The translations under genes and the position numbers were made by a program. Under the pieces are notes generated by a model. The model was not told the DNA's origin and searched no databases. It was given only the letters and a program-made list of their open reading frames with translations. Shown one piece after another: positions 11,793-22,723 of a DNA stretch of 64,000 bases (position 1 is the first letter of the stretch; every line of letters starts with the position of its first letter). This stretch comes from Saprolegnia diclina VS20 (taxonomy: Eukaryota): positions 1,100,193-1,164,192 of the forward strand of contig NW_008246070.1 in assembly GCF_000281045.1 (NCBI RefSeq). Direction: 5' to 3'.

Positions 11793-12251
11793 ATGTCGCG
11801 AACCCTCCTTTTCGTGTTGCTTCTCTTGGGGCTGAGCGCGCCCTTGGTCGTCGCCCGGGCCGAGTACGTCTCCCGCCTCCCGAACGGCAACAACGTCGCG
11901 AGCTCGGCCATGATTGGACATGTCGGTAGCGGCGCGTCGCTCAATGCGTTTGGACGGGACTTTGACGGCAAGTGGACCGTGAGCTTGTGCCAGAAAGACT
12001 CGGACGGCGACGGCCAAACCAACGGCCAAGAGCTCGGCGATCCGTGCTGCGTCTGGTCCGAAGGCGGCGCACCGCCGCTGCAGACACGAGGTCTCTCCAA
12101 CCCCGGTGACCGCTCGAGCAAGCGAACGTCGTCAGCGCTCAATATCACGTGCAACATCACCAACACCATGAGCTCTGCGAGTAAGAACGACTTCCACGCT
12201 ACCTCGGCCGCCCTCGTGACAACTGTGGTGCTCTTCATCGTACTGCACTAG
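11793..12251 (+). CDS. Temptin-like secreted protein with C-terminal hydrophobic tail
   Basis: Signal peptide MSRTLLFVLLLLGLSAPLVVA; temptin motif Y..RLPNG..V....GH....LNAFGRDF...WTVSLCQKDSDGDGQTNGQELGDPCCVW; hydrophobic C-terminus. Confidence 0.85.
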   Translation: MSRTLLFVLLLLGLSAPLVVARAEYVSRLPNGNNVASSAMIGHVGSGASLNAFGRDFDGKWTVSLCQKDSDGDGQTNGQELGDPCCVWSEGGAPPLQTRGLSNPGDRSSKRTSSALNITCNITNTMSSASKNDFHATSAALVTTVVLFIVLH

Positions 12252-12460
12252 TTGAATTGGAATTTAAACGGCCTTTTTTTCTTCAGTTTGCTCGTGGTCA
12301 TTGTCTGCATGACGAAGATTGCGTCATTTTCGTGCTTTACGAGTGGCTCCTCCAGGCGTTTCTTATCCAACGAAGTTTCAATGTATCGAGTGATCAAAAG
12401 AACGCCGCGAGAGCGTGGCTGTATTTCTCTACTCCAACGCGACCATGAGAGAGTGGCGCA

Positions 12461-13785
12461 CTATGGAAACGACGAGGGCTTGGTATGGTCCAGCGGCGGC
12501 AGCACATCGAGCTCGTAGTCGGCGCTGGCGTCGTTCGCCTGGGGCGTCTTGGCGGTCGAGGGCTTGACGCCCGTCTTCTTTTGCACATTCGCAAAGATCG
12601 AGAGCGCCGACGCCACCATGGCCGCGGGGTCGTTCGTGTTGGCCGGCAACAGCACCGTCGTCGACTCCTTCGCCACGTTCCCAAATGCCTCGACGTACTT
12701 TTCAGCGACTTGAAGCGCGACCGCGTTCGAGCCACCGTCTTCTTCAATGGCCTTGGAGAGCGACCGGATCGCCTCTGCCGACGCTGCCGCCCGTGCCACG
12801 ATGGCCGCGGCCGTACCTTCGGCCTCGAGCACGATCGCACGCTTCTTACCCTCGGCCACGTTGATGTACGCCTGGCGCTCACCTGCACGCGCGTTACTGG
12901 ACTGTCAGAGACAAAACGACTGCCGCACCTTCCGAGTCCAAGATCTCGGCGCGCTTCTTGCGCTCGGCCTCGGCCTGCATGTCCATGGCCGCCTTGACGC
13001 TCGCCGGCGGCGCAATGTCGCGGATCTCGTACCGGAGGCACTTGATGCCCCAGGCCTCGGCGGCCTGGTTGATCGACAAGACTAGGTGGAGGCATGAGGC
13101 ACCCAGTACGCTGACACGTAGGCATACCAATGTTCTTGTTGAGACTTTCGCGCTCCTCGAACGTCTTATCGAGCGTGATCTTGCCGAGCTCCGAGCGCAT
13201 CGTCGTCTGCGCGAGCTGTGTCACGGCGTACAAAGGATCTTCGACGCCGTACGACGCGTTGTACGGGTCAATGATCTAAGACATTTCTAGCAACGAGCTT
13301 TGGCACAAGGCGATGAACACACCTTGACGTACAAGACACCATCAATGTGAATCGTCACGTTGTCCTTGGTGATCGCCGACTGCCCGGGAATCTTGATCGC
13401 TTCTTCCTTGAGCGAGTGGACGTACGCAATGCGGTCGACGACCGGAATTTGAAAGTGAAGACCCGGGTCCAGCACCGAGTGAAACTTGCCAAAGCGTTCG
13501 ACGACCCACTAGGCACATGTGAGATCGATCTCGCAGGTACAATGGGGCAGCGTACGGCGCGCTGCTGCGGTACGATCAAGACACCCTACGTATGCTGCAT
13601 GAGCGAGGCGACAGCGCAATGGGCAACGCGAATATTACCACGTTCATCGGGGTTGCGCGCATCGTGCTTTCAAAGTCGTCATAGCGCAGGAGCTGGCGGC
13701 TGCCATGGAAGGCGCGGACCGCCGACGTCGCCGGGAGGGACGCGCGGAGGCTGCGCATCGCAATCGATCGGCCCACGGCGAGCAT
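12461..13785 (-). CDS. STOML2: Stomatin-like protein 2 (mitochondrial SPFH/band 7); multi-exon
   Basis: Mitochondrial-type presequence [16 protein letters not shown]; motifs [97 protein letters not shown]. Confidence 0.93.
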
Positions 13786-14583
13786 GCTTTGACCTGTGGA
13801 CGGCTGCGACGGAAATTCGGATTGGTTCTTCGGCTGTAAACTTTCTTATTGCTTCGAACTTCGACCGAAGATCGTGTCTTTGCGAGCGTCGTGCACGACG
13901 CGAAGGATCGTTTGCGTTTGGCTCTAGGCGCCGCATGATGCACAGAAAGGCCGGGCCACGCCGTCTTCCATTCACCAAGCAGCTGCGTTTCAATTGCTGG
14001 AAGATGCCATTCGAGCCTCGTTGCATGGAGGGTCTATCGCCGACTGTTGCGATCCTCTGGTCCTCGCTGGCCTTCGCCGAGAAGCTTCTAGCACGATGGA
14101 GCAGGATGCGTTGCAGCGCATGGGCGAATGCACTTTCTGGGGTCTTTGTTATGATGGTAGCAGTGCAGTCCGAGTACAGGAGCCTGCGTACGACCTCGCG
14201 CGAGCTATGACTCGGCGAGTGGGGTCCACCACGGGATGGATCTCTCCGTACGCAGCTCACCCCCAACGACCAAGCGCTGGTGCCAACTCCCACGCATTCA
14301 GGCGTAGCGCTACGTATGCGAAGTCTTTGTGTCATAATGAAGATAACGCGGAACACGTTCATATATAATGGTAGCACCGTTGATGGCATCTAGTAGTATA
14401 TGGTGGGCGGCCAGGCGAGGATGGTTCAGCAACGACAGACAGCATATCGAATGATCTCGTCACTTCATGAGCTCACGATCACATGCCGAGGTTCACGACT
14501 GCTTGCATGTACGAAGGAGACATTGCGAAACACGACGTACTATTACATTTACATGCAGGACGCCATCCATGCCCATGAAAAGC

Positions 14584-15327
14584 TTACTGGGCGACGTAGC
14601 CGCCGTCAACCGAGTGGAGGCTGCCCGTGATGAACGACGCTTCGTCACTCGCCAAGAAGGCGACGAGGTTGGCGACTTCCGAGGGCTGCCCGACGCGGTT
14701 GAGCGGCTGGAGTGCTGCCATGCTCGCCTCAATGTCCTTCAACGGTGTACCGGACGCCTCGGCCCAGAGGTTGATTTCGCGGTGGTACAGTGGCGTTTCG
14801 ATCGTGCCGGGGCACACGCCGTTGGCGCGAATGTTGAACGGCGCATAGTCCAGCGCCGTCGTGCGGACCATGGACGCCAGCGCGCACTTGGAGAGGTTGT
14901 ACGCGAACGAGTTCTTCTTGCCGACAAAGGCCTGGTCCGACGACATGACGATGATCGCGCCCTTCTTGCGCGCCTTCATCGAAGGCAGCGTCGCCTTGAT
15001 GGCCGCATACGCGCCCTTGATGTTGAGGTTGACGATGCGGTCAAGGTCGGCCTCGGACGTCTCTTCGATCGTCGCGCTAAAGTAGATGCCGGCGTTGGCC
15101 ACGAGGCAGTCGACATGACCGTTGTCGGCCACGATCGCAGCGACCGCAGCCTCGACGGTCGCGACGGAGCTCACGTCGCAAGCGACAAAGATGCCATTTG
15201 CCGACGGTGCAATGTCGAGGTTGTAGACCTTGTAGCCTTGGCTAAGGAGCTTCACGACGCAGGCCTCGCCAATGCCTTTGGAGCCGCCCGTGACGATCGC
15301 GACGCGGGAGGTGCTGCTGGCTGCCAT
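14584..15327 (-). CDS. Classical short-chain dehydrogenase/reductase
   Basis: TGGSKGIG Rossmann motif, ANAG, YNLSK (YxxxK), NGVCPGTIET, ITGSLHSVDGG; intronless. Confidence 0.92.
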   Translation of the reverse strand: MAASSTSRVAIVTGGSKGIGEACVVKLLSQGYKVYNLDIAPSANGIFVACDVSSVATVEAAVAAIVADNGHVDCLVANAGIYFSATIEETSEADLDRIVNLNIKGAYAAIKATLPSMKARKKGAIIVMSSDQAFVGKKNSFAYNLSKCALASMVRTTALDYAPFNIRANGVCPGTIETPLYHREINLWAEASGTPLKDIEASMAALQPLNRVGQPSEVANLVAFLASDEASFITGSLHSVDGGYVAQ

Positions 15328-16177
15328 TCTTGCTGTCTCAAATGAGTTCTGATCCGTGGAAGCCGCGTCGAACCGCTCCCCATTTTCAACCGGTTAAGCT
15401 GGTTTGACGACGCGGTTAGCCGAGCCGCGGCCCGGTACAACAGCTGATGTTGCCGATGTGGCCAGTGCGGTGACGACGCTGCATCGGCGATGGCGATACG
15501 TGTAGCAGCCTTCCTCAGCCTTCCACGTCCATCGGCACACGAGCCCAATTTATGGACAATAGTGTACACGTCATACAGACACAAATACTTGGATAACCAT
15601 CCTGTATAATAGCTCTACACGGTTCATGTACAGTACACGACGCGTTGACATTGTGCAGAGCCTTTGGGATGTACCGGTACCGGAAAGCTTAGTAGAGCGT
15701 ATCAGGGTATCTTGCAGCCGCGAAGCCAGTGGCCAGCGCAGTACATGCAACGCGACTGCCGCGATGCGCGATCCTCGTCCGGCGAGCGCACTCGCAGTTA
15801 CTGCACTCGTCCTGCGTCGACAAAGCCCATTCGCACTGACGTCGCGGTATTACGTTAGCTCGCCTCCTGCGGGCCTTGTGCAATTTGTACCCATTGTGGT
15901 GACCGTCGCGGGCGCATCTTCAACCAACCACATCCCACTCTGCTGGTCGGCGTGGCGCCGGTGCAGCTCCGAACCAAGGAGCGACGCACGTGCGTCTTTG
16001 TGCCGCCTGCAACTGCGACTGCGCTACTGCAGGCGAAGTAGAGCGCGTCGGTGGATGGTATCTCGTCAGGGGGCAGCGTTCTCAAACCAAATGATAGGTC
16101 GGTTGTCGGACCATGTGTCACACGCCTTTTTATATGGAGGCCCAATGAAATGCTCAGAGCGGAATCCCCTACGAACG

Positions 16178-18986
16178 ATGCGCCACTTGACGGCGGCCGT
16201 CCTCGGCGCCGCCTTCGCCATGCTCGACGCCGCAAGCTGTCCCTACGAAAGCCTCCCGACGTCCATCGATGTCATCTGGACGACCGGCGCCGAGTGTGGC
16301 AGTGGCGACGGACCCTGCAAGGTCACGCGGACGTGCGCCATTCGCACCGATGGCACCGACCCAGACGCGTTCGGCGACCTCTCGCGCTTGACGACCAACA
16401 AGACCGTGTACGTGCTACATCGTGCTAGTAGTGGATGCTCATCATACGGTAGCGTGCTCGGCGATCTGCCATCACTCGACCTCTCCAAAGCCATTTTGCC
16501 GCCGACCGCCACCACCTTGTACATAACTCTGCAAGGCGCGCGTCATGGCTCACGACTGGCTGTAGGACGCTCCAAAATGTGGCCGAGTTTACGGGCCTGA
16601 ACACGACAACGCTGCCGCCCAAGCTCGTCGACATGTACGCTCGCAGACCACCCACCTCGCGCGCTCAATCGACGTTAGGTACTTTGTCAACACGAGTGTC
16701 GGCGACTTTCCCGCGGGCCTCACGTGGCCAGCGTCGCTTCAGGGCCTGTACGTTCTGCGCACGTGTTGATGACCGTCGAACGCACATACTGTTTAGTTAT
16801 GTCTTCAACACCAAGACGGTCGACGTCAAGCACTTGAAGCTGCCACCGACATCGACGCTCCTGTAAGTACAATCAGCGCCTTTGTCCTTGACACTCACTT
16901 AGCAACTTAGGGACTTTTGGAATGTGACCGAGATTGAAAACCTCGAGAAGCTCTATTTGCCCGACTCGATCACCGTCATGTACGCGCCTGGGGTACGAAT
17001 AATGTCATAATTGTGGCTGTAGGTACTTCTCCAACTGCACCGTGCAAGTGATTCCGCCGACGCTTGTGTGGCCCAAGTCGCTCCAGAAGCTGTAGAGAAT
17101 CCATGCTGTGCGCACACTCATATGTGGCGAGTTAGGACGCTCATTGACAACCAGCTTCAGGACCTTCCGCACAATTTGCCGGACGGCGTCAACTTTTTGT
17201 ACGCTTGCATTTGTGTTGAACGATGATTTCAATCGTTGAAATAGGTCGATTCACCAAAACTACGTCGACAATCTCGGCATTTCGCTGCCAAAAAATCTCT
17301 CCGTGCTGTACGTTGTCGCCGTGCACCGTCGCTGGATTCATATAAAATGACAGGAAATTCCGGGACAACCGCATCAAGGAAGTCGTCAATTGGGACTTTA
17401 CCAACCTCTACTACTTGTTTGTTTGCCGAGTCATTTGACATGAGGTCTTACTGTGAAATTTGTTTCTAGTCGGATGAAGCGAAACCCGGTCACGCGCATC
17501 GACAATGTGACCTTTTCGTCCAAGCTCCACTACTTGTACGAGCTAAGACTCGTCTCCAACCACTTGGTGACATTCATATTGTGTAGCGACTGCGAAGGTT
17601 GTCCGCTCAGTATCTTTAACGTCGACATGACGTCCTTTGCTGCGCTCGACGCGCTCGACCCGTGGGACCGCAACGAGTCGCGCGCGACCATCGATTTCCG
17701 CGGCTTCAACATCATCGACAACATCAATTCCGACAAAGGGGCTTGCGACAAGCTCCACGGCGACATTCGCCCCCTCTGGGCCGGCAAGTCGAACGTCACC
17801 GTCAACGTGTGCGTCATAGGGTCGCCCGTCAACTGTACATTGCCACTGTTGAAAAGACGGTTGGAGACTGATGACGCGATGTAGATACGCTCATCATTGT
17901 GGGGATTTCGATCGGCGCTGTCGTGCTCATTGCTGCCCTTACAACGTACTTTTGCATCAAGCGCCGGAACCTCCAGAAGAAGCTCGAGACGTACGTGGCC
18001 GCATCGCCCTTTGGAAGCGGCAACCAGTTTACGAACGGATCGACGCTCGATCTTGGCGGCAACTCGACGCTCGGCGGCCTTGTCCATGACCTCGGGGACC
18101 TCGAGTTTTTGCGCGTCTCGGGCGTCGAGCTCCACAAGAAGCTCGCAGAAGGCGCATACGGCGAGGTGTGGAAGGGCAGCTACAACGGCGCGATCGTCGC
18201 GGTCAAGCGCCTCCTTCCCAACAAGTCGTCGCCCAAGGACATTCTCAACTTTATCAACGAGTGCAAGCTCATGGCGCGGTATAGCTCTCGACCCGATGCG
18301 TGAGATTCTTATTGTCTTATTGTCGTAGATTCGAGTCGCCGTATGTGGTCAAGCTCTACGGTGTGAGCTGGACGCGGCCCGTGGACTTTATGGCCGTCAT
18401 GGAGTTTATGGACCGAGGAGATCTCAAGGCGTACTTGGCGCACCACTCGCCAATGACCGTCTCGTGGGAGTTCAAGCACAAGGTCATGAGCCACATTCTG
18501 GAAGGACTAGTGTACTTGCACTCGATGCAAATCATCCACCGCGATCTCAAGTCCCGCAACGTCCTCCTCGACTCGAGCGACGGCGAGACGGTCAAGCTCA
18601 CCGACTTTGGCGTCTCGAAAGAAGATCTGCAAGAGACGATGACGGTCGGCGTTGGCACGTACCGCTGGATGGCGCCCGAGATCCTCAAGGAAGGGCACTA
18701 CAGCGTCGCCGCCGACATTTACTCGTTTGGCATTCTCCTCTCGGAGCTCGATACGCACAAGATCCCGTACGCCGAGAGCCGCCACCCGATCACGCACAAG
18801 CCGCTCGTCGACACGGCAATCATGAGCATGGTCATCAACGGGACGCTCTCGCCGTCGTTCTCAACCGACTGCCCGCAGTGGGTCCATGCGATCGCGCTGC
18901 GCTGTTTGGAGCACGACCCCGAGCTGCGTCCGTCGGCCCGCCAGCTCGTACTCGAGCTCCGGCGCCAGTCGCTCCACGCCAAGTGA
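16178..18986 (+). CDS. LRR-ectodomain transmembrane TKL-family receptor-like kinase; 14 exons
   Basis: Signal peptide MRHLTAAVLGAAFAMLDAA; ten LRR-like micro-exons (16453-17535); TM YTLIIVGISIGAVVLIAALTTYFCI-KRR; kinase motifs AEGAYGEV, VAVK, HRDLKSRNVLL, DFG, GVGTYRWMAPE. Confidence 0.9.
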
Positions 18987-19304
18987 GCGCGATGTATTTT
19001 TATTCACAGATCACCTAACCGCTCTAACCCTGGTCGTGCCTGTACAAGCCTCGAGTTCACTGTCTTATGCAGGTGGAGGGGAGTATAGACGTCGGGAAGG
19101 AGATATGCACCCTCCTCGTTCCCTGCAACCAACTGAAACGAGAAGCTCCAGCAAGCCTTTGCACTACGCTCGACTCGAGGTGCGCTCGTGTCCAAATGCA
19201 AGATACTACAGTATAGTTGACAGTTTCGGAGATGCAAGGGCTAGGTCAAGTAGGCGGGTAGGGTCCTATCCAAACATACGTTTCCTAGGGACAGGTTGGA
19301 CAGA

Positions 19305-20654
19305 CTACTGCCCGTCCTTGAGTCGCTTTTCGACTTCACGCAAAATCTTGACGCGATGGAGCCGGACCTCGATGCCAAGTTCTTGGAGGTCCTGGTCCGT
19401 GCTGACCTATGCACCACGTCGATTTTGACGGCCAAGTGCCAACGCGTGACGTACGGCAAGGAGCGGTCCGTCAATGCCCATTGCCTTGAGCTTCTCGGCG
19501 CACGCGTCGAGGCCGAGGTCTTTTACAAACGCAAAGACTTGCGCTTCGTTCATCGCGTCGAGCGCCGGCACCGCTGGCTCGGGCTCACGGCGCGCGAGAG
19601 CTGCGACGAGCTCGTCCCGCATTTTTTGGTCTTGCGCAACGACCTCGTGGAGCTCGTCTCGAATCTGCGGCCGCGGTCGCTTGGCCTTGCTCGCTTGGAG
19701 CCGGTACGTCGCTTCTTGGCGCGTGAGCTCGTTGCGCCGCTGGAAGATCTCGCCCGAGACTGCTCGGAGACTATTGTTGAGCGCGCCGAGGTTGTTTTGG
19801 AGCATGCGCACTTTGCTCGGGAGTGTCGTCGCCTCGAGCTTGGCCGTGATCTCGGCCATGCGCTCCGATATGCTCGCTCGGTCGTCTTCGAGCGCACGGA
19901 GCTTGGCGCGACCGTGGTCAAGATGCACCTTCATGAGCATGAGCTTGTCGTGAGGCGCGAGGTCATGCGATTCCACCGGCGGCGTCGGTGTCACTTGCCC
20001 TTTTGGCGTCCGAGGGGTGCTCTGGGGTACTGTCTTTGCCGGCGTCGCGGCCTTTGTACGCTGCTGCAAGACGCCTTCGGCCAAGAGCACTTTGGACGCG
20101 CGGCATATCCGGTCCATGTCGATCCCGCCGATTTCGCTGCCCGCGAGCCGCGCCTTGGCGAGCATCGCAGGTTCGTCGAGATCAAAGAGGCTGTCGGTGA
20201 GTGCAAACGGCGACAAGAACGGGTTGAGAGTGAGGTCGCCGTGGCAGTCGCGAAACATATCTGGGACGCTAGCAAAACTCGCCGTGTCGTCGACCATCTT
20301 GCTCAAGTAGTTGGAGTGCTTCCACAGAAAGGCCTGCCGTGGTGCGCCCTAGGATGCTCTGCAATAGAACAGGTTTTAATATCGTGCGCGTACCAAGAGC
20401 GCGCGCCACTGCCCAATGCCCTCGACGACGTCCATCGATGCGCGCCGGTACTGCAGCGTGAGGTTACCGATGACCTTCCACGGGCGCACCTTGCTGTGCG
20501 GGTCGTGGAAGTGGGGCGTCACTTGCAAGAGGGCCTCGAGGCACGTCTCGCGCTCGATGATCATGTGCACGACGCTACGCTCGAGGGCCATTTGCGCCGG
20601 ATCGCCGCTCTGGCTCGCATAGATGATCGCCGTCGCCGGTCGCGCCTCGTGCAT
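19305..20654 (-). CDS. Coiled-coil protein with C-terminal SAM domain; about 3 exons
   Basis: N-terminal PFLWKHSNYLSKM segment and central coiled coil. C-terminal MNEAQVFAFVKDLGLDACAEKLKAMGIDGPLL..STDQDLQELGIEVRLHRVKILREV is a SAM fold signature, split by an intron; stop at 19305-19307. Confidence 0.75.
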
Positions 20655-20771
20655 CGCGCTAAGTTTAGCTCTCGGTGTTAATACAGAGCGATCACATTAA
20701 TAGATTAGCAAATTATAGTACATAGAACACACGAGGTGCCTTCTTCCATCAAAGGCTGACAACGATTCTTT

Positions 20772-21749
20772 TCAGAGCGTAAACTCTTGGGCTTGGCGCC
20801 GCGGAAGGTACCCCGAGACGCGCTTCCAGAGCGGTTTGACGTACTTGTGAAACGCCGTCGAGCTGCGGCGAAAGCGCGGATACCGCATCGGCGGCGCCTC
20901 GACCGGCGTCTTTAATGGCAAGAACCACGGGTCGTCGAGAAGCTCGTCGGCCGTCGGACGGCACGTCGGCTCGACCACAAGCATGCGCTCGAGGCAGCGC
21001 TGCGCGTCGGTCGAGATGACGCTCCAAAAGTACGGGTGGTACCACATCGGCGGCCGCGAGAGCGGGCACATGCCTCGGAACGTCTCACGGTCCGTGCCAA
21101 AGGGGAGGTTGCCCGTGATGAGTACAAACATGATGACGCCGATGCTCCAAATGTCGACGGGCGTCGAGTACGGCAAGCCCTTGGCAATCTCGGGGGCCGC
21201 GTACCCGGCCGTGCCGCACATATCGACGAGCGGCTTGGACGAGACTTTGGCGGCAAAGCCAAAGTCGGCCAATTTGATGTGCACGTCGCTCGCGTCGTCG
21301 ACGAGGAGGACGTTCTCGGGCTTGAGGTCGCGGTGGATGACCTTGCGCGCATGGCAGTGGCGCACGGCCGTCAAGAGGTTGTAGACGAGCGCGCGCACCT
21401 TCTCCTCTGGGAACACGCCCTTCTTGTGCAGCCGGTCGTAGAGGTCGCCGCCGCGGACAAGCTCCATGACGACGTAGTACCCGTCCGACTCGACGAAAAA
21501 GTCGTGCACTGACACAATGCTGGGGTGCGCGAGGCTGCGCACGAATGCCATCTCGGCGTGCACGTCGCGGAGCTTGCACGCCTTCTTGATGCGCTTGACG
21601 GCTACGATCTCACCGGTCGCCCACGCCGTGGCCTTGTGCACGGTCGCATACGAGCCGTCGCCGAGCTGCTCGCCGAGGCTGTACGTCTCGGCAAAGCTAC
21701 CGACGCGCGGTCCATTGTCGCCGTCGTCTGCTGCTGCTCGGTAGTGCAT
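20772..21749 (-). CDS. CAMK-group Ser/Thr protein kinase
   Basis: LGDGSYATV, VAVKRI, GGDLYDR, HRDLKPENVLL, ADFGFA, CGTAGYAAPE, DIWSIGVI; single exon. Confidence 0.92.
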   Translation of the reverse strand: MHYRAAADDGDNGPRVGSFAETYSLGEQLGDGSYATVHKATAWATGEIVAVKRIKKACKLRDVHAEMAFVRSLAHPSIVSVHDFFVESDGYYVVMELVRGGDLYDRLHKKGVFPEEKVRALVYNLLTAVRHCHARKVIHRDLKPENVLLVDDASDVHIKLADFGFAAKVSSKPLVDMCGTAGYAAPEIAKGLPYSTPVDIWSIGVIMFVLITGNLPFGTDRETFRGMCPLSRPPMWYHPYFWSVISTDAQRCLERMLVVEPTCRPTADELLDDPWFLPLKTPVEAPPMRYPRFRRSSTAFHKYVKPLWKRVSGYLPRRQAQEFTL

Positions 21750-21843
21750 GGGTAAAGTGAACGTGCTGTATGCCCAGCGCGTCGAGATCCCCAAGCGGCC
21801 CAATCACCATGGACAGTTCAGTATCTTTGGTCCCTTCTATGCC

Positions 21844-21882
21844 ATGATTGGTCAAAATCCGACCGAAATCGACTATGATTGG
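21844..21882 (-). promoter_or_regulatory. Tandem CCAAT boxes (ATGATTGG x2, 31 bp apart) upstream of the CAMK gene
   Basis: ATGATTGG at 21844 and 21875, about 100-130 bp upstream of the ATG at 21749. CCAAT is a known oomycete promoter element. Confidence 0.5.
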
Positions 21883-22723
21883 CACAAATGCGGTTCGCGC
21901 TATTGCAGTAATCTCGTGAAGCCACGTAGATCGCACCTTGCCGTTCGCTGGCGACTGCCCGAGTCAGCTGTAAGCAACCGTATAATCCCCTTCCACGCAG
22001 CTCCCTCTTGCGGCCAAAAGAACCCACGTCCAAAACGGCCCTGCTCCTTGTACTAGCGCGGACCGACCATTCTATCAGTCGGCGCGACTGACCATGCATC
22101 CAAATATAAAAAAGGCGGTCGGTGGCGAGACGCAGCACCCCGCCGACGAGGTGCTTCCACCCGTTGACGTCTCCTGCTTCAGAAGTCGTGCAACGCTGCT
22201 TCAGGAGACGAGAAACGCTACACTTCAGGAGACTGCTTCACGAGACTGGACGCCAGATACAAGCGCAAGCATCTTTGATACAAGCACCTAGTGCGTGCAG
22301 CGACACTTGCGTCGCGACACTGCTTTTGCGGCGTCTCGGGCATCGGCTCGGCGAAAGCCACGCATGTCGCATCACACTGGTCACGCAATGCGGACCCATT
22401 CCTGCAGACAGATCGAGAAATGCGCAGAGAGAGGCAGTTGGCGATCGTCGACTTGCGTTCGACCCAGAGACTGCAGCGCGGGAGAGTTCGGTTGTTACTG
22501 CGCAAGTGGCTGAACGACCACTGCCTGGCTATCAGATCGTAGCGTATCCGGACAATAAAAAAGAATGCGACGAGCTATTTTAATGGAATTTCGCAGCAAT
22601 GACTATGTATGACGCTACAATCTTTTTCATTGCGTAATTTATTTCGCTGACGTAGCGTCGAAACCGGATGGCGCAGCGTGGAACTTCGAGCGTTCGAGGA
22701 ACATAATCGCGAAGAAGGAGACC

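Noticed and set aside
13935..14368. Short plus-strand ORFs divergent from STOML2
   Set aside because: No motif or convincing splice model; cannot be supported without RNA-seq.
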